DNA from: Takakia lepidozioides
Taxonomy: Eukaryota; Plantae; Bryophyta
Assembly: GCA_030704615.1 (NCBI GenBank)
Contig: CM060734.1
Span: 56,172,001-56,236,000 of the forward strand
Reading direction: 5' to 3'
DNA length: 64,000 nt
A program made the translations under genes and the position numbers. Positions 1 through 14,520 of the stretch are shown here, piece by piece. Under the pieces are notes generated by a model that saw only the letters and a program-made list of their open reading frames with translations, was not told the origin of the DNA and ran no database searches. Each line of letters starts with the position of its first letter. Positions within the stretch are counted from its first letter, which is position 1.

Positions 1-42
1 CCTACTGATGTGTTTTGTCATTTTGCAAACTCTGATCTCCAG

Positions 43-195
43 GGCTTTACAGCAGGAGGATTCATTTACATCTCGGTCGCAGGCGTTCTGCCAGACATGC
101 ACACTCAGGGCACCTCGCTCTCCACCACTGTTTCTCAACTGAGTGCGATGATTTTGGGCATTGGGGTAGCTGTTATTATTTCTTTGGCTGAATGA
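43..195 (+). CDS. IAR1: Terminal exon of a ZIP-family metal transporter (IAR1/ZIP7-like); rest of gene lies upstream of the window
   Basis: Acceptor ctccag|GGC at 42/43; peptide GFTAGGFIYISVAGVLPDM...LGIGVAVIISLAE* matches the TM7-TM8 C-terminus of IAR1-type ZIP transporters. Confidence 0.85.
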   Translation, partial: GFTAGGFIYISVAGVLPDMHTQGTSLSTTVSQLSAMILGIGVAVIISLAE

Positions 196-3100
196 TTCCC
201 TAATTTTCGATGTTTCACCATTATTGCTCTCTCCCGCTGTGTCATTGCATCCTAAGCTTCAGACTTAGTTTGCATTTGCGTTTATGTTCTAGTCTGATCC
301 AAACCTGCAGAGTATTCTGTGTCATATCTATTATGACTCGGGGTTCTTGCATGGCTATGACATCAAGTAGTATCTGACAGGGAACAAGAGTTTGTCTCAA
401 ACATGATAGGTTGGTATACTCCCCTGGGACCCTTGAGATGGGCGAAGTCCGATTTCATGCACACAGGATCCATATGTGCTAGGGGTGGTCAGGTTAGTCG
501 CTAACAGCAAGTGGGTGAAAGTCGTGTCCTTTTCAGTATAATTTTTGGAAATCTATTCAGAAGCCCCCTCATGAAGTTGGATGTAGAAGAGTGGGGTTGC
601 AGAGAGACATTGATTGTAATAGAATAGAACATTTGTGATACAAGGAGGAGACCTAATCGAAAACTTACTGCTGGGTGTCAAAGTTGTTCAGATTCTCATT
701 GTTGTGTGCGATTTGAATAAGGTTTAATAACAAAGCTGAGCAAGAAAGAAAACTTGTGGGTGGGGGGAACTCATGTGAAACCAGCTTGACTGCATTTCAT
801 TCTAACTTGCTTGGGTTGGTCTAGCAAAAATTGGTTGCTGACACAGACTATTTTGGAGCTTGAATATTCCGGATCACGTTAGCCCACATCCCATTAAACG
901 TAGGAGATGGGTGGGCATTGCATCCTGCTTGAAATTCCTGGTAGATTGGCTTTTGCATGTTTTCATATATCAAACAAACATGATTTTATTAACACTCAAT
1001 GTACAAAGTGCTTTGACACATCATAGCTACAATCAACGATGCACAAGATTGACAAGCTTGATCCAAATAATTTAGTAGTGTTGTCCTAAGGATCAGAGAC
1101 AGACGAGGGATTACAGTGATTTAGAGTTTGTGAAGTTGGACAGCATATGATTTCATGGGAATCTGATGAATGTGAAAACATGTAGGGATTGCTGATGTTG
1201 TCAGAACCAGGAAAACTTGTAATTATCAACCAAATATCATTGAGCAACCTTGAGAACCCATGAAGTATGTGATAATGCACAAGAGCCAGGGAGAAATCTA
1301 GAAATGTGTGAGAGAGAAACTGGAATCCTGCATGTAAGAAGGCTTTGCCATATCTCTACCCAAGTTCCCACATTAAATCACGATCACAGACCACATCAAG
1401 ACAATGCAATGGAGAAGGGAAGGATGAGGGTTGAAGGTTTACATTACTTCATGAAAAGGATACCTGCTTTTACCATGGTGTTGGGCCTTGGAGCTGAGAA
1501 GTTCACACAAGATACATCACACTGCTTCTCTAGGCCTGGAGCTGAACTTCCTCCCATCTACAAATGGCCTCCTTCAAATGGCTGGGTGATGCATCATTAT
1601 TATGAGCACAATCCATGGGGAGGGCACTCCCACAGGTGGATAATCACGCCAATTCAACCCTGCGGTTCACTCTGGTTTGATAGTGGTGTGGGATCTTTCC
1701 TCGTCAAATTGAGACTCAGATTCATAGCCAAAGCAGAAAATAGTTAGACGTACGAGTGCATGAAACCAGGTGGCAGCCGGCCAGGAATAACTCTATACGG
1801 CATACAAAGCATTAAATTGTCCCCCGTGATACAGGAAAAGGCAAATTGGAACAGCAAGAAACAACCCCTGTAATAACCCAACCTCCTCCACTGCAGTACA
1901 GATCCCCAGGTACCTGCGCAACATTTCAGCATCCTTTCCTGCATATCCTCGGACACTGGAATCACAATGATGTATACAATTTAGACTCTTGTTGCTGCCA
2001 AGTTTCTCCCTAGCCTCACCTACAGATACCCAAGGTTAAAAAAAAAATTTGATATGGGTAATTACATTTGGAGATTTTGCAGCCTTAAAACACAAATATG
2101 TCTTAAAATACCAAACTGAGTTTTCCTTGAAGCCAGGCTTGGCAGCCCTCAGCAAGTACTTATTGAGCACTCTGTTACTTGGAAGCTGGTAGGGTAAAAA
2201 ACCCTAGGACCGTTATAGTAGCTATGACCGGTCACCTCATAACTGCTCGGGTCAGGCCGCATGAGCTACCATTGCTGGGCCCAAGACTGCTCATTTTTGC
2301 CACTTGGCAAACAGTTGTTTGATAGAACCACCCAAAAAATGTGATTGGTCATAGGGCCCAAGGTTCACACAAGCTTTCTGATTGGTTCATCTTTGAAACC
2401 CCACAACTTTGTGTGGACTTCATGAATCACGCACTTCCAAGTGTGTTGGGATGCCCTGGATGTGGGGCATCTTATCAATTTTATCCGGGGTAAAAATGAC
2501 AAAAATTCACCGTTCATCGTTAGATGAACGGTCATAGGCCTGTCTACCCTACTTGGAATTTCAAGCTCCAAAAATCAACCAATAGACTTGTTAGAAGCTG
2601 CTGAAAGTTCCCAAAGCTATGTAGGTTTGAAGACATAAACTTGGTATAGTACTGACAGTGTTGCACTGTAGTAGAGTACACAGTGAAAACAGGAATTCAA
2701 CTGCAGTCTTGCCGAGTGAGCAATCCGTAGTACCCTACACTCAATCTAACTTGAGGCCTTCTCGAGCATCTCTTGACCAACACTGGGTATCTAGTGCATT
2801 CTTTGTTTTTTCTGCTGCTTTTTGCTTGTGAGCCCACTGCTGCCAAAATTGGCACTTGGCCTTTCCCATGTCGCTAGTGCTCCCTGAAGCAATCCCTTTT
2901 GGAGCTTATACATTCCATTTCCTCACTTTGGCAGACAAACTTATTAAAGTATTACCTATAAAGTATATAATTGCATCCTGCAAGTACTTCAACTTGGAGT
3001 TTGACTGAAGATTTGCAGGGGAACTCTATTTCACAAAATCATATGTCAAAAAATCGCCTATCGCTTATTTATTATGCTCTCAATGCGCTAGAATGCTCTT

Positions 3101-4974
3101 TTAAAATTTTTGTGTTCTCACACTTGCTTTCTGTTGCTCCTAAATACATACCCACAACATTCCTATGTTCGAACTTCAGTACGCGAGAATCAGAATCTCA
3201 CTTGTACATAACTGAAATTCGTCAACAATGACGCTTCGTAAAAGTTTGGAAAGCTTTTATATCAAATGGTAAGTGTTCATGTCATCCCCATCACAAAAAG
3301 TGCAATTTTATGAAATGGACACTTCCAAATCCAAGGGGCCCGGTACGGTACGGAATGGATGGGTGAAGTATAATAAGTGAATATGCAAGACAGGTCTGGC
3401 AGGGAATAACCAAAGCGTCCTACTGAAGTGGCTCCCTTTTATGGCCCATGTAGGCCATACATAAGTTGGGCCCACAACACAATGAACACCCAAGAGTGTC
3501 CAATGGGCCAACAGACTCCAGCACTCTTTTGCTAAGTTTGCTGCTGCCAGTGCTGCAGTTGCGAAGTTTTCTCTCTTATTGGGTTGGACATTGTGAGGAA
3601 AACTTTGTGTACAATGGAGACTCTTAGATTTGAATCATAGCCCAAAAGGTTCCCTTCGCACTATATGATATCGTGCAAGGTAGGTATACTGATTTAAGAA
3701 TCTACTGTGCTCATCCAGAGGCAGGGAGGGACCCCGAAAATGATCGCTAGTACAGAGTTGGCAATGTAATTTTCACAATATTGGACACTCTCACATGGAC
3801 CATTGTATACCTAGTGATTTTAGAGCCTTTTACTTTAGAGGGCTTTCAAGGCTCAAGCTCAACCTGTGGGTGATTGCGTGGCATGGGGGAGGGGATGATG
3901 TACCTTCATGCACATTCACTATGCAGGCCTAAGCAGAGAAGGTGCTGACCCCGCATAAGTTGTCGGAAGGACAGAGCTACCTACATATTGTAGTTCGAAC
4001 TTCGTGTCCTGATGAATCTGATAAGTATCTTTATTACGTACCACCTGTACACCCTGTTTCCTGGTGCGGCAACTACTCTTCTGGCGTGTGGCATGCTGTT
4101 TGCCACTGGGCTGCTCTGAAAAGAGCCCCTTTAGTTGTTAGCTTGGAGTGGGCGTCAAAAGTGATGAGAAGGATCCTGCCACCCTACAGTCCACTAACTT
4201 CTCGGCACCTTGTAGCGCACCGTTGCCTCCCACCGCAAAGCTGCAAATATCTATCTCCCTCCGCGCAGATGACACCCCCACCATCGCTGCCTCACCCACC
4301 ACTGCCCACCACTGCCAAATTGCAAAGGCACAATACTTTCAGGCATCTTCACTTTGAATCAATCCCTCGTCGAAGCTGCTCCCGACTCGCTTCTCTTCTG
4401 CCTCATCTTTCTTCCCTTCCACCATCAAACACGTTTGATCTTTCTTCCAGCATCAAACACATCTGATCTTTCCTCCAGCATCGAAGAGATCGACCCGCAT
4501 CGCACGCTCGGAGGAGAGATAGAGACTTATTAGTATTTTGTTGGAAGGCTGACAGTTGCAATCATTGTCCAATTCACCCTACCTGCATCTCCACCGTCCA
4601 ATCACTGCGGATGCGGCCGGTACCGACGGCTGCCACAAATGCTTTGTACCTGCCCGGCCCGCATTTCAAAGTTGACGTTACACTCCCTTTTCTTACCTTT
4701 CCCTTTACCTTTGACCCTTGTATATTTTGCTTGCTGTTTTTAGCACTACATCCATCCAACATCCAGACAATCATCCAGATGGAAGGAAGGGTTCCAAACG
4801 TTTTATTCGATATATCAGAGAAATCATCCAGTATCACAGGACCACATCCATCCAGCACCCAACTATTTTGGTGGGGGACAAAACCTGCCCCAGATTTTTG
4901 TCCGAAGAACTGATCCAATTTCCGACGTCCGGGACCACTGACTAACCGAAAATAAAAATAGAAATAATATTAAG

Positions 4975-5350
4975 TATTATTATAAAGATGATAATGATGA
5001 GGCCACGCAGAGCTGCACACAGATACATATATAAAAATATATCCCATATCGATACCCCTGAGGGAGCAATAATGGCGATCGGCGCAGATCCGGGGCGCGA
5101 TCGTAGGGCGGACAGCACGTCACCGTTTCGAGCGTGCGACGCGGCGGGGCTTGGTCCGCTCCAGCCGAACGTGGCAGGGAAGGGGAGGCGGAGCGACGTT
5201 TATAGCGCCCCATCCCGCGCAATTGCTGGCAATCGATATGGGATATATCGCGCGCCTTTAATGTTGCACCCCATGCGGTCCTAACGCCTCTGCGCGCACT
5301 ATCCGTCGGTCGCAACGTTGTAGCCCACGAATATTCCGCGGCAGCCATAC
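4975..5350. repeat. GC-rich dispersed repeat, copy 1
   Basis: Shares ggcgcagatccggggcgcgatcg and gatatgggatatat blocks with 8697-9060; both preceded by tattattataa. Confidence 0.6.
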
Positions 5351-6242
5351 GGCACGTCGGGCTGTGGGGCAGTTCAACAACCCTGTTGCAGTTTAGTCAA
5401 CGACTGCCCGCGGTCGACGGCGCGGTCCGGGCCGGCAGGCTGGCGGCTGCCGACCGACGGAGACGAGGATGTCGGAAAATGGGGGGCCGGCGTGTACGCG
5501 CGATCTGTATATACGGACCCCGAGCGCTTGCGTGCGTGTACTTGGGACGCCAACTCAGCGCGGTTTGTACGTAACTCGAGTTGGATCTCGCGGTACCATA
5601 TCGGCCGCCTGCCAAATCGCGGTGCCCAACGCAGAACACGGCCCCGACCAACCATTTGCGTACACCCCTATATATACATGTTGGCTAGGCCCAGTGCGCG
5701 CAAACGACATGGGATATATCCCGACGCCCGGCCAACCCTGTTTGTTGTCTCTCGGGAGGGACGACTGGGGCGGGTATAAATATTATCGTTGCTGGGACGA
5801 GCCACACATGTACCCCCTGCACCGTGCTTTCACCCGTTCTGTATTCTACTCCCGTGGGGGTAATGTCAAAACTTCAAATACGTAGCTTTACCGGGGGTGC
5901 ATCCGCGGCCCAAGATCTGCATACGTGGCCCCAAACAGTTTTCATGGAACCCCGCAGGCGGACCCAGGGCCGATTGAAGGGCCACCCGGCCATGGTAGCC
6001 TGCCGGTGTCTGGCATGGGGCCCGCCTGGCAAGGGGCGGGTGAGGTGGTCCCCCCAATACCACGGGCGACATAGGGTCCTAACCTGGCGACCCACTTTAT
6101 GACACGGATAAGTATCTGAGCGTGGAGAGGCCTCGCAAGAGAATGAGAATCTATAACTGACTTCATCGATACTGGATGAATTGTGATGATTTAGCCACAC
6201 AGAAACTTCACCCAAAAAAATGCTACACCACCAGTGGATGGA

Positions 6243-6301
6243 GGGCAGCTCAGTTGGATAGAGCGCCACCGTATGTTACTGGGTTCGACTCCTGCTGTGC
6301 C
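6243..6301 (+). mobile_element. tRNA-derived SINE head or truncated tRNA pseudogene
   Basis: A-box CAGCTCAGTTGG (6246-6257), B-box GGTTCGACTCC (6282-6292), no full anticodon arm; related copies at 40.5-40.8 kb and about 50.73 kb. Confidence 0.6.
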
Positions 6302-8696
6302 TAGTTTATACTTGCAGGTCTGAAAGCTCATCACTATTATATTATGGACAGCACTGACAGAAAATGTAGGGGGTGGGTCCCAGATGATATCGTCAGTTCT
6401 CCTCGATCCTGGGCTTACTAAATATAAAGAGGGTTAGGAACCGGGCAGGCTGCGACCTGCCAGTCCCCAAAACCTAATTTCACAGATCTCCCCAGGAAAG
6501 AAATATTACACTCCAGCTTTTGTTGCCAGAGTTTTCCTTTTTCAGCCATATATTTCAACTCCTGCCCGCTTGTTTTCCGATATTTCTGAACCTGGGACTG
6601 GGCAGCCTTTACCTCTCAGTGTCGGACCAAAAAGCTGAGTTGGGGCCACCTCTTTTTCCAGCGATGGCATATATCTGGGCTTGCAGGAGCTTCTCATCTT
6701 CCACAAATCACAAAAACGTTTGGCAAGAGGGACACCCTGAACGGAATATTCTAGGGAATATCCGATGTCGGATATACTCTATTTTTAGCTGCTACTTCGT
6801 CTGAATAACTCCTGTGGTATATTATTTGTTGGCCAGTTTGTTTTTAAGCGACCCAACAATTTTTTCCATGGCTGAGGTAATGGCTTGCAGTGCGCAGTGT
6901 GTTTTATTTTTCATATTTGGAATGGCTACTGAGATTTGCAGGAAATAGCCATATTCTCTGTTCATCCACTGAAATTTGGACAGAATCATTTTCCTCTGTA
7001 CTTTCATCCATGTATATCATCCATATTAGGCGAATTCATCCAAGAGTTTTTTTCTTTTTGGAGAAATTTGGTGATTTCATCCATGATAAAATATGGAATT
7101 TACGACAGAATATTCGATTTGTTTTTTGAAGTCGAAAAAGTGCGAAATTTCGCCAGAAATATAAACACTGTCGGAAGTTGCAAAACTGCGCGGAGGAATA
7201 TTCATATTCGGGTGATTGGATGGATGAAGGAAGGAAGGAAGGCATGAACGAAGATTGGGTGCATGTATGTGGTCGGCATGTGCGACGGGGCGGCTGACGC
7301 AATGGAAAGGTCCCAGACCCGGGCAGGCCCGGCATGGGGCCTGCGTGGGGTCAGTGAGAAGTGTGGGAAAACGTGCAGGGCTGCGGTAGGTCGCCGGCAG
7401 AGGACCATTCAATAGTGTGCGTTGATGAGGAGGCCATGGATATCCAAAAGAGGGGCGTCGGTCGGGGCCAAAAGCGACGTCATGTGCTGCAGGGCCCGAA
7501 GCTTTCGGGGACAATAAAATACAATTAGACGGAAGCACGAGGAAACATGCGGTCGCTGGTGGGTCTGCGCACAGCCTAAATAGGGCACGCAGCAATCATT
7601 CGCGCCCGAATTATCCCTGGTTCAAATCCAGATCGGGTTGACCGGGCCGCAACCGAATATACAACTCGCTGGCTGCCCAAAGATCTAGACCCAAAAACAG
7701 AATGTCATAAACGAACATTGCAAAACTCTCACCACCTTTTAAGAGCGAGTTTAATGTACGCCGCCTGCGGTTTAGGGCAGCGATTAGTGACCAGTTAGTG
7801 ACATGCACGCCGCTTTTAAGAGCGAGGGGGAGTCACTAAACACGCCGCTGAAGGATGTGCTGTATATAGCGTCTGACACTTCGGACACAGCCCCTGATTT
7901 TCAGGCCGAGCCACGTGATCGACCCCCGCGTATTTAGTGCGGTATTTAGTATGCGCGTCGTATGTTGTACCAGCCACCTGACACTTCCGCATACGCTCTG
8001 TACTTACTCTACCTCGCGCGAGGGTCCAGATCCTCTCCATGATCTACCTAGCACCTCGGATACCCGTACACGTGGACATATCCAGTCAATATTAATACTT
8101 GTATACGAGACTTTTCTGTAGTCATACTCGTACTGACGACCTAGACACTAGTAACTAATAACCTGCAGTCGTGCACGAAGAGTCACTAATAGAGTCTGTT
8201 AGTGAGTATTCAGGACAGGTCTAGTCGTGCGGTATCGAGGTTAGATTAAGGGGCGGGTTATTAGTATATACTACGTAGCCCTGAGTTTACATACTTGCCA
8301 TGCGAGTCAGAGATCAAATCTCACTGCTCTGCTATTTATTGCCTAACCAACTTAACTAACTTCGGTCCTACCCAGCAGTTACTGTGGTTAGGTCTTAGGT
8401 AGACCTAGAACTGGAATATTCGAGCATGAAAGATATTTCGAGATTCTGTAGTAAATAACTAATTTGTAAATTCTATAAATAATAATAATTCATAATATAT
8501 TTTATAGTCTCGTAAGCAACCCAAATAATTTTTAAATAAGATAAAGGTCCTACAAAATGTTTTCGTACTTTCTCAAATTCTTACAGCATTGAAGAAAGCA
8601 CAATTAGGGTTTAGATCTAAACTCCGACTACTTAGTATTTACCACCTACTAGCTACCACGTGACTCGTGTACAATTCTACTCTCAACCCGTTAGAA

Positions 8697-9060
8697 TATT
8701 ATTATAATCCAGCTTTTACTTTTTTGTAATAATATAATACGCTAAAATAAGAGCGGCAGCCGCCGGGTTGCGCGGCCGGAGCGCAGGCGCAGATCCGGGG
8801 CGCGATCGCAGGGCAGGGCACGTCGCGGGTGCCGTGCGGCAAAGGCCGCTGCCGCCGCACGTGCGTGGCGAGGTGGGGCCGGCGTGGATCCATGGGATGG
8901 GATGGATATGGGATATATGGGGGCGGGCCTAATGCCCCACCTGGTCCGAATATGGCAGCTTTTGGGGCTAATAATTGAGGCGCGCAGGATCGAACGCGGG
9001 TACACCAAAAATACATTCCGAATTATATCCCACCCTGTACCCTGCGGGGTCGCCTGTGAA
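8697..9060. repeat. GC-rich dispersed repeat, copy 2
   Basis: Same conserved blocks in the same order as 4975-5350. Confidence 0.6.
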
Positions 9061-11333
9061 GCTGCATGAAAAGAACGGTTGAACCACCACCGTGACCGCA
9101 GACCAGATCGTGCGGTTACTGCGCAGTTGACAGAAGGTTGCCGCGTGGCGGCGTTGATGAGTGGGTCTGTGTAAGTTGTGGAATACATTTATCTTAATGT
9201 AAGTATTCGAGTTGTTGTCTCTTGTTTTTTTTTGTTTTTTTTTCGTTTTTCTTGGGGAAAGTTGGACATGTGATTGAAAAACATCATAAAATAGAATATA
9301 TCCAATCCTATAAAATGTGGTATAATGACAATTTGATGAAGTGATTTTATGTGGCATTATATTTTTAATATATTTTTCATATTAACCTCCTAAAACCTGC
9401 TCTTGGGGATGCTTCGCTAGCTCCCGAGATAATGTTGTTGGACGGTCCATCCCGCATGGTTGCACCCATCCTTGTGTTGTGCTTGTTGATCCCCCAATTA
9501 ACAGCTGACATTAACGAATCAGATGGACAAAGAGTTTGCGCTACTGGCATGTGCAACACCACTAGTTTTTTCCTACTACCCAAATTAAACCACTGAATAA
9601 ACTTGGTTGACAAACATGGTTTATGCGCTACTAATGGGGGAGCTTGTTGAGCATTTGACAAACTCACACCATCCATTTCAAATGAGATTTGTCCCTCTAC
9701 CACACGAGCAATCCAACCTGTAAATTTTCAAAAAAAAAATTCCGTCCTAATAGATTTACTAGTAATAAGAATATCTGCACATCATGACCGGCCAACAACG
9801 GTTGCAACACCTCAACTCGACAATTGGCCCCAAATGCGTGCTCAATACTTTTAAGGCAACTTAGAGCCACTTGAGTTAAACTGTTGCAAGTGCAAGAAAT
9901 CCCACAATTTCTGCGGCAATGGTTGGTGTTGCTATATTAGCAACTCAATGGTGTCGGATGGGATGGGCATCATTTCAATGTTTCAACAATCAAACGTTAT
10001 GTTCTAAACTAGGCTGAGGTAGTCATGTCTTCTTTATGCAAGCCTTGAGAGTCTCAATAACATTTTACATTGCCCATATAGGAAAAAAATCCATTGTAAA
10101 AAGAAAACATCTTTTTAGGTGTATTTCTTATTCGTGCCGTTTTGGGTGAAGTTACCTTATTTATCCTTTCCCTACAATTCAAAAGCCTGGGCCTGATAAC
10201 TAAATTGTGATAGAGTCGAAAGTTTGGAGTGAGCATGTAGATAGTTGATTGAGCAATAGCCCATATGTCACAGCCACACAATGCTTGCACAACTTTCCAT
10301 GGCCGCTAGTGTCCATATTGCTTGCAAAAAAGACAAAATAGGAAGAATGGTTGAACTAGGTATGAAGTAAAAGGAGCTTTGGGTGACCAATAGAATGTTG
10401 AACGATTGACATCCAATAGATAGCCTAGTGGTTACCTCATAATACCATTTCATTAGTGATGGTGGCTTCAAAACCACATATGTGTTGGATGTCATAAAGG
10501 TGTCACCTTCCCTTCAGAAGGCAATAGCCCTCAGGGGTCATGTTACCCTATGCTTGCTACGGCAAGAGTCTACATTTTTATTTTTTTTATGAGTTTTTGA
10601 TGGATGTAGCAGCTATTCGTTTGTCAGAACTAGTTCATCCGAAGCGATTCTATACCCAAAGAATATAGATTCTCAAAAAGTAAACCCCAAATTTACTATG
10701 CATATGAACATACTATGTTGGTTTGGTATTGACGTTTTGTAATACAAGGCTGGTCCGGTATATAGGTGGCTGTCAAAATAAAATATCAAGTGGAAACTGA
10801 TACGAGAGGATTTCTTGAATTTACATACTAGTCCGGTATCCATAATGAAGGCTTTGTGAAATACTTATGCACTGATATAAATACAACTAGATTAGCTAAT
10901 ATCGGCTGGTATCAATGATGACCTCTGGTATCAAACCAGATTCAAGTTCATGACAAAAACAACTAATGAAGAAACATGCAAATGAATCCAAGCCATGAGT
11001 GAAACTTCTAAGCTTACAACATAATCTGGTATATAAGACATATACATCAGCAACCAAGATATTCACAATATTTGACATACAAATCAAATCACAAAAGTCA
11101 TTGCAGATTCCAAAGGAGCCCATACTCGCACTTTGATATAGAATGTAAAGTTGTTGGAAGAAAGATCAAGATCACATGAGACCTGATATCCAAAATATTT
11201 CTACTTCATAAATTATCACAAGCATGAAAGCAAAGTTTCGAAGCTAGAGCTATTACACTCCAGATTCTACTTAAGCTATTCATCTTGAAAGTAACCAGCC
11301 TCCTCAAGCTCCTCCTCATAGTCATCCAATAAC

Positions 11334-12230
11334 CAAGGCACTACGACGCATGCGAATGCACACCCTGCATGCTGCTGGGAACCAATGCTACTACAACGCC
11401 TGCGAATGCACACCCTGCATACCGCTGAGAACCAAGGCACTATGTCGCGGCCCTTTGCCTTGAGGGCAGGGGGTCGGGACACGAGAGGGGCTACCCTTGT
11501 GGTGGGGGCAGTGGCGACAATAGATGCGGGGGCTGAAGCACCCTTGAGTGCCCAAGGCACTCAAAGAGGCGGAGGCGCTCACTAGGTGGAGCCCCGCACA
11601 CCGGATTGCGGTGGGGGTGGTTCCACGAGGGGTGGTTTAGCTTAGTGGGACTTAGTGGGGGTGACATAGGACTCACCATGGGGGCGGAGACCTTGTGGTG
11701 GAAGTCGTGGGGAGTCTTGGGACTCATCACGGTCCAATGGGACCGTGGTGGGTGGGCCAAGACTCACCGCGACTCATCACCGGGAATCGAGGGTTTTCGT
11801 GGTTATTCGCCATAAAATGGCATGGTTGTTTGTGAAACCCCCACGGACAGTCACAGAAGTATATATAGGGAGTAGTAACCCCGAGAACGGTGCAAGCCCG
11901 TTGGTGACTAAAAACTAGTGAGTAAGCGTGCGAGCCGGAACGCGACCCAGGGTGTGGGGAGCTATTCCGGACTGCCATCGACCAAAGGGAATTTCCACTA
12001 GGCCCAAATTGGGAGAGGGTCTTGTGGAGGAGTAAAGGGGGACCGTTATGTCCCGGTGAGCAGCCGAAGCTCCGAGTTGGCCCGGCGGCCAGTTAGAGAG
12101 TTAGGCGCGCGTATCAAAGCGAGTAACTATGACTTGAAGGGGAGCTTACCAAAGTGAGGTGCGCGACACACTACGACGCCTGCGAATGCACACCCTCCAT
12201 ACCGCTGAGAATCAAGGCACTACGACGCCT
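11334..12230. repeat. About 50-bp minisatellite interrupted by the solo LTR
   Basis: Unit ctacgacgcctgcgaatgcacaccctgcataccgctgagaaccaaggca at about 11341, 11391, 12171 and partially 12220. Confidence 0.8.
11443..12168. mobile_element. Solo LTR (726 bp) with 5-bp target-site duplication
   Basis: Termini TGTCGCG...CGCGACA; TSD CACTA at 11438-11442 and 12169-12173; internal TATA near 11860. Confidence 0.85.
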
Positions 12231-12566
12231 CCTCGGCAAAAATATCCTCCATCCCTTAAGCTGCAAGAAAACAGCTTGTCCTCGCATCGACACTTGACCA
12301 ATTTTTCATGATAATCACCAACTTGTCCAAAATTTGCACACCTACCCTACATCACTGCAAACTAGTCAATATTCTAAGATTTTCTCTGTTTCAATTTGGG
12401 ACCTTGGATTTGAAACTGCTAAGCCATAAATGCAACTTTAGAAAATCGTGTCTCATGATCTTTTTAACATACTAATGGAGATTTGACATCATTGACATTT
12501 ACAGCTAGTCGACGATACAACAACAATTCAATTTCACCAGGGATAGACTGGCTTTCTCCAATCATG

Positions 12567-12860
12567 TTATTGTCCCCCACAATGAGTCATTGACAATGGC
12601 AGCCATAGGAGGAGGGTTATCTGCACACGCCCGGGGTTGAGATATTTCCAAACTCGTACAAAAAGAGGCACGAATATCACCTGCTGGTCATACTCCTCGA
12701 CCATTGCTCGAATTTTATCTTTGTCTGCATACTCCATTATGCACTTGAAGGCCTTTGAAACGTGGATCCACCTGCAAGGCAAGCATATTATGTGCATCAA
12801 CAGCATTGAAACATGTTGCAAAGGCCAGAAACGGCTCCAAAAATTTGACCACTGCAAGCC
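12567..12860 (-). pseudogene. hAT-like transposase relic (C-terminal part)
   Basis: ..KAFKCIMEYADKDKIRAMVEEYDQQVIFVPLFVRVW.. resembles bryophyte hAT transposase remnants; degenerate. Confidence 0.45.
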
Positions 12861-14324
12861 CTATCCTAGCATACAAGATCTATATTTTTATGATAAAATT
12901 CCCTACATAAAATAGAAGGGATTGAAGGTTGCTCTAAATCTGTAATTTTGCTACAATCGAATATTGATTGTAAATTTAGCTGCAAATAAAGCATCTGACA
13001 ACAACTAATAACCCCGAGTTTGGTTGAGAATGCATTGTTTCACTACAGGGCCCAAGGTTTCGGTGACAGCCTTTGCAATCGCCCATCATGTGGATCCTGA
13101 TGGCACTCTAGCCTATAGCTCAGAAGTCTGCCGACTGCAGCACAGATTGATAGCACCAACACTATCTTGGAACATCACTATTTGGAAGCGAATCAAGTTT
13201 TCCACGGCCATTTTCAAGATTCTTGGCCACAAACCAATCTACTTATATACAAGATTTCGTTCTTACCGCCCTTCCCCGACTTTTTGGTCCACATAATTGT
13301 TTTTTGTAAGGCGCTTTGTGCATCGAAGAAACTGAACTCCTTCATTAATATGCCAACACAAACTGCTTTGTCATTGGTGACATATTGACATGCTTGAACA
13401 TGATGCCTATATCAAGACGACAAATGAGGAGGTAAATGCTGAACAAGAACAGATCTGGAGCTAGCAATATAAGGAGCTGCAGAAGAACCAGCGATTCTAG
13501 CATCCCCATAAACACATAGCACATGCTTGTACGTTTTTCGCGTTAAACGATCAAGCAACGGACGAGTACCACTTTTGCGCACGATAAAGGGAGCCAAAGC
13601 AGGGCCGGTAAGTGCCATTGGTGACGTTTGGGCAGCTTGGTGGGAGAATCTATGGCGTCACCAGTAGCTCCAGAAACATATTCAGCGGCATCGAGAGAGA
13701 AGAAGGGGAAGAATTTTGTGGCCGAAGAAGAACGATAACTTTGCTGCTCTCCAGTGACACCGAATGGGCAGAAAAAACACAACATTCTGAGATAGAGTAC
13801 AAGAGCACTACAACAACAATCGACCTGCTTGTGGTGCGGAGAGACCAGCCATGTCGTGGGGGATTATCAAACACGACGTCGCAAAAAACTGTGGCTAACT
13901 ACCAAGCTGTTGTCGCTTGGTGTAAATCTGGAACATCTGCTGAGAACACCTTAGAGAAAGCTATTGAATTGTACTAGTCGAAGTACCCAAGAGCCCATAG
14001 CTTCACCTACATACATTGTTGGCTGGTTTGGAAGGATGTGCCTCGTTGGGCCGATACGCGAGAGGATGTTGCTGCCGCCATCACTGCATCTCCATTAATG
14101 ATGTTGAGCACCAACGAGCACCAACGCTGTGTAGGCTCCAGTTTGACGAGAACGGGCGGATCAAATTCGGAGTTGGCCGTTACTTGTTTTGGGGACCCGT
14201 CAAGTGGACCGTCACAGCCCACAATATTTGCAGGCCACCACTGGAGATGCTTTTACAACTTTACAAGTCCGGCAATAAACAAGTTTCATAGAGGATCTAG
14301 TGTTATTCATAGCCAAATGGTTAC

Positions 14325-14520
14325 TTGCCGATATCATTAGTGGAGAATGCTTGGTTGCGACGAATAGTGATTGTGAGGCTGTGTGATCAGGTTAGGTTTC
14401 TTGGTATGAAGCAGCGTGTGCGAGAGCACATACCATCTCTCCATACGAAGGTGATGAAGAAATATATACTGTCGTTGCTTACATGTTATGCCACAACTTC
14501 GATTTGTGGATGGCCGGGTC
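14325..14520 (+). pseudogene. hAT-like transposase relic (N-terminal part)
   Basis: PISLVENAWLRRIV..LCDQVRF...REHIPSL..KVMKKYILSLL resembles the hAT segment preceding the catalytic D-x-W motif. Confidence 0.5.

Noticed and set aside
6243-6301. Functional tRNA gene
   Set aside because: Too short, with no anticodon arm or proper acceptor stem.
11334-12230. CRISPR-like repeat spacing
   Set aside because: Head-to-tail minisatellite without unique spacers, in eukaryotic context.
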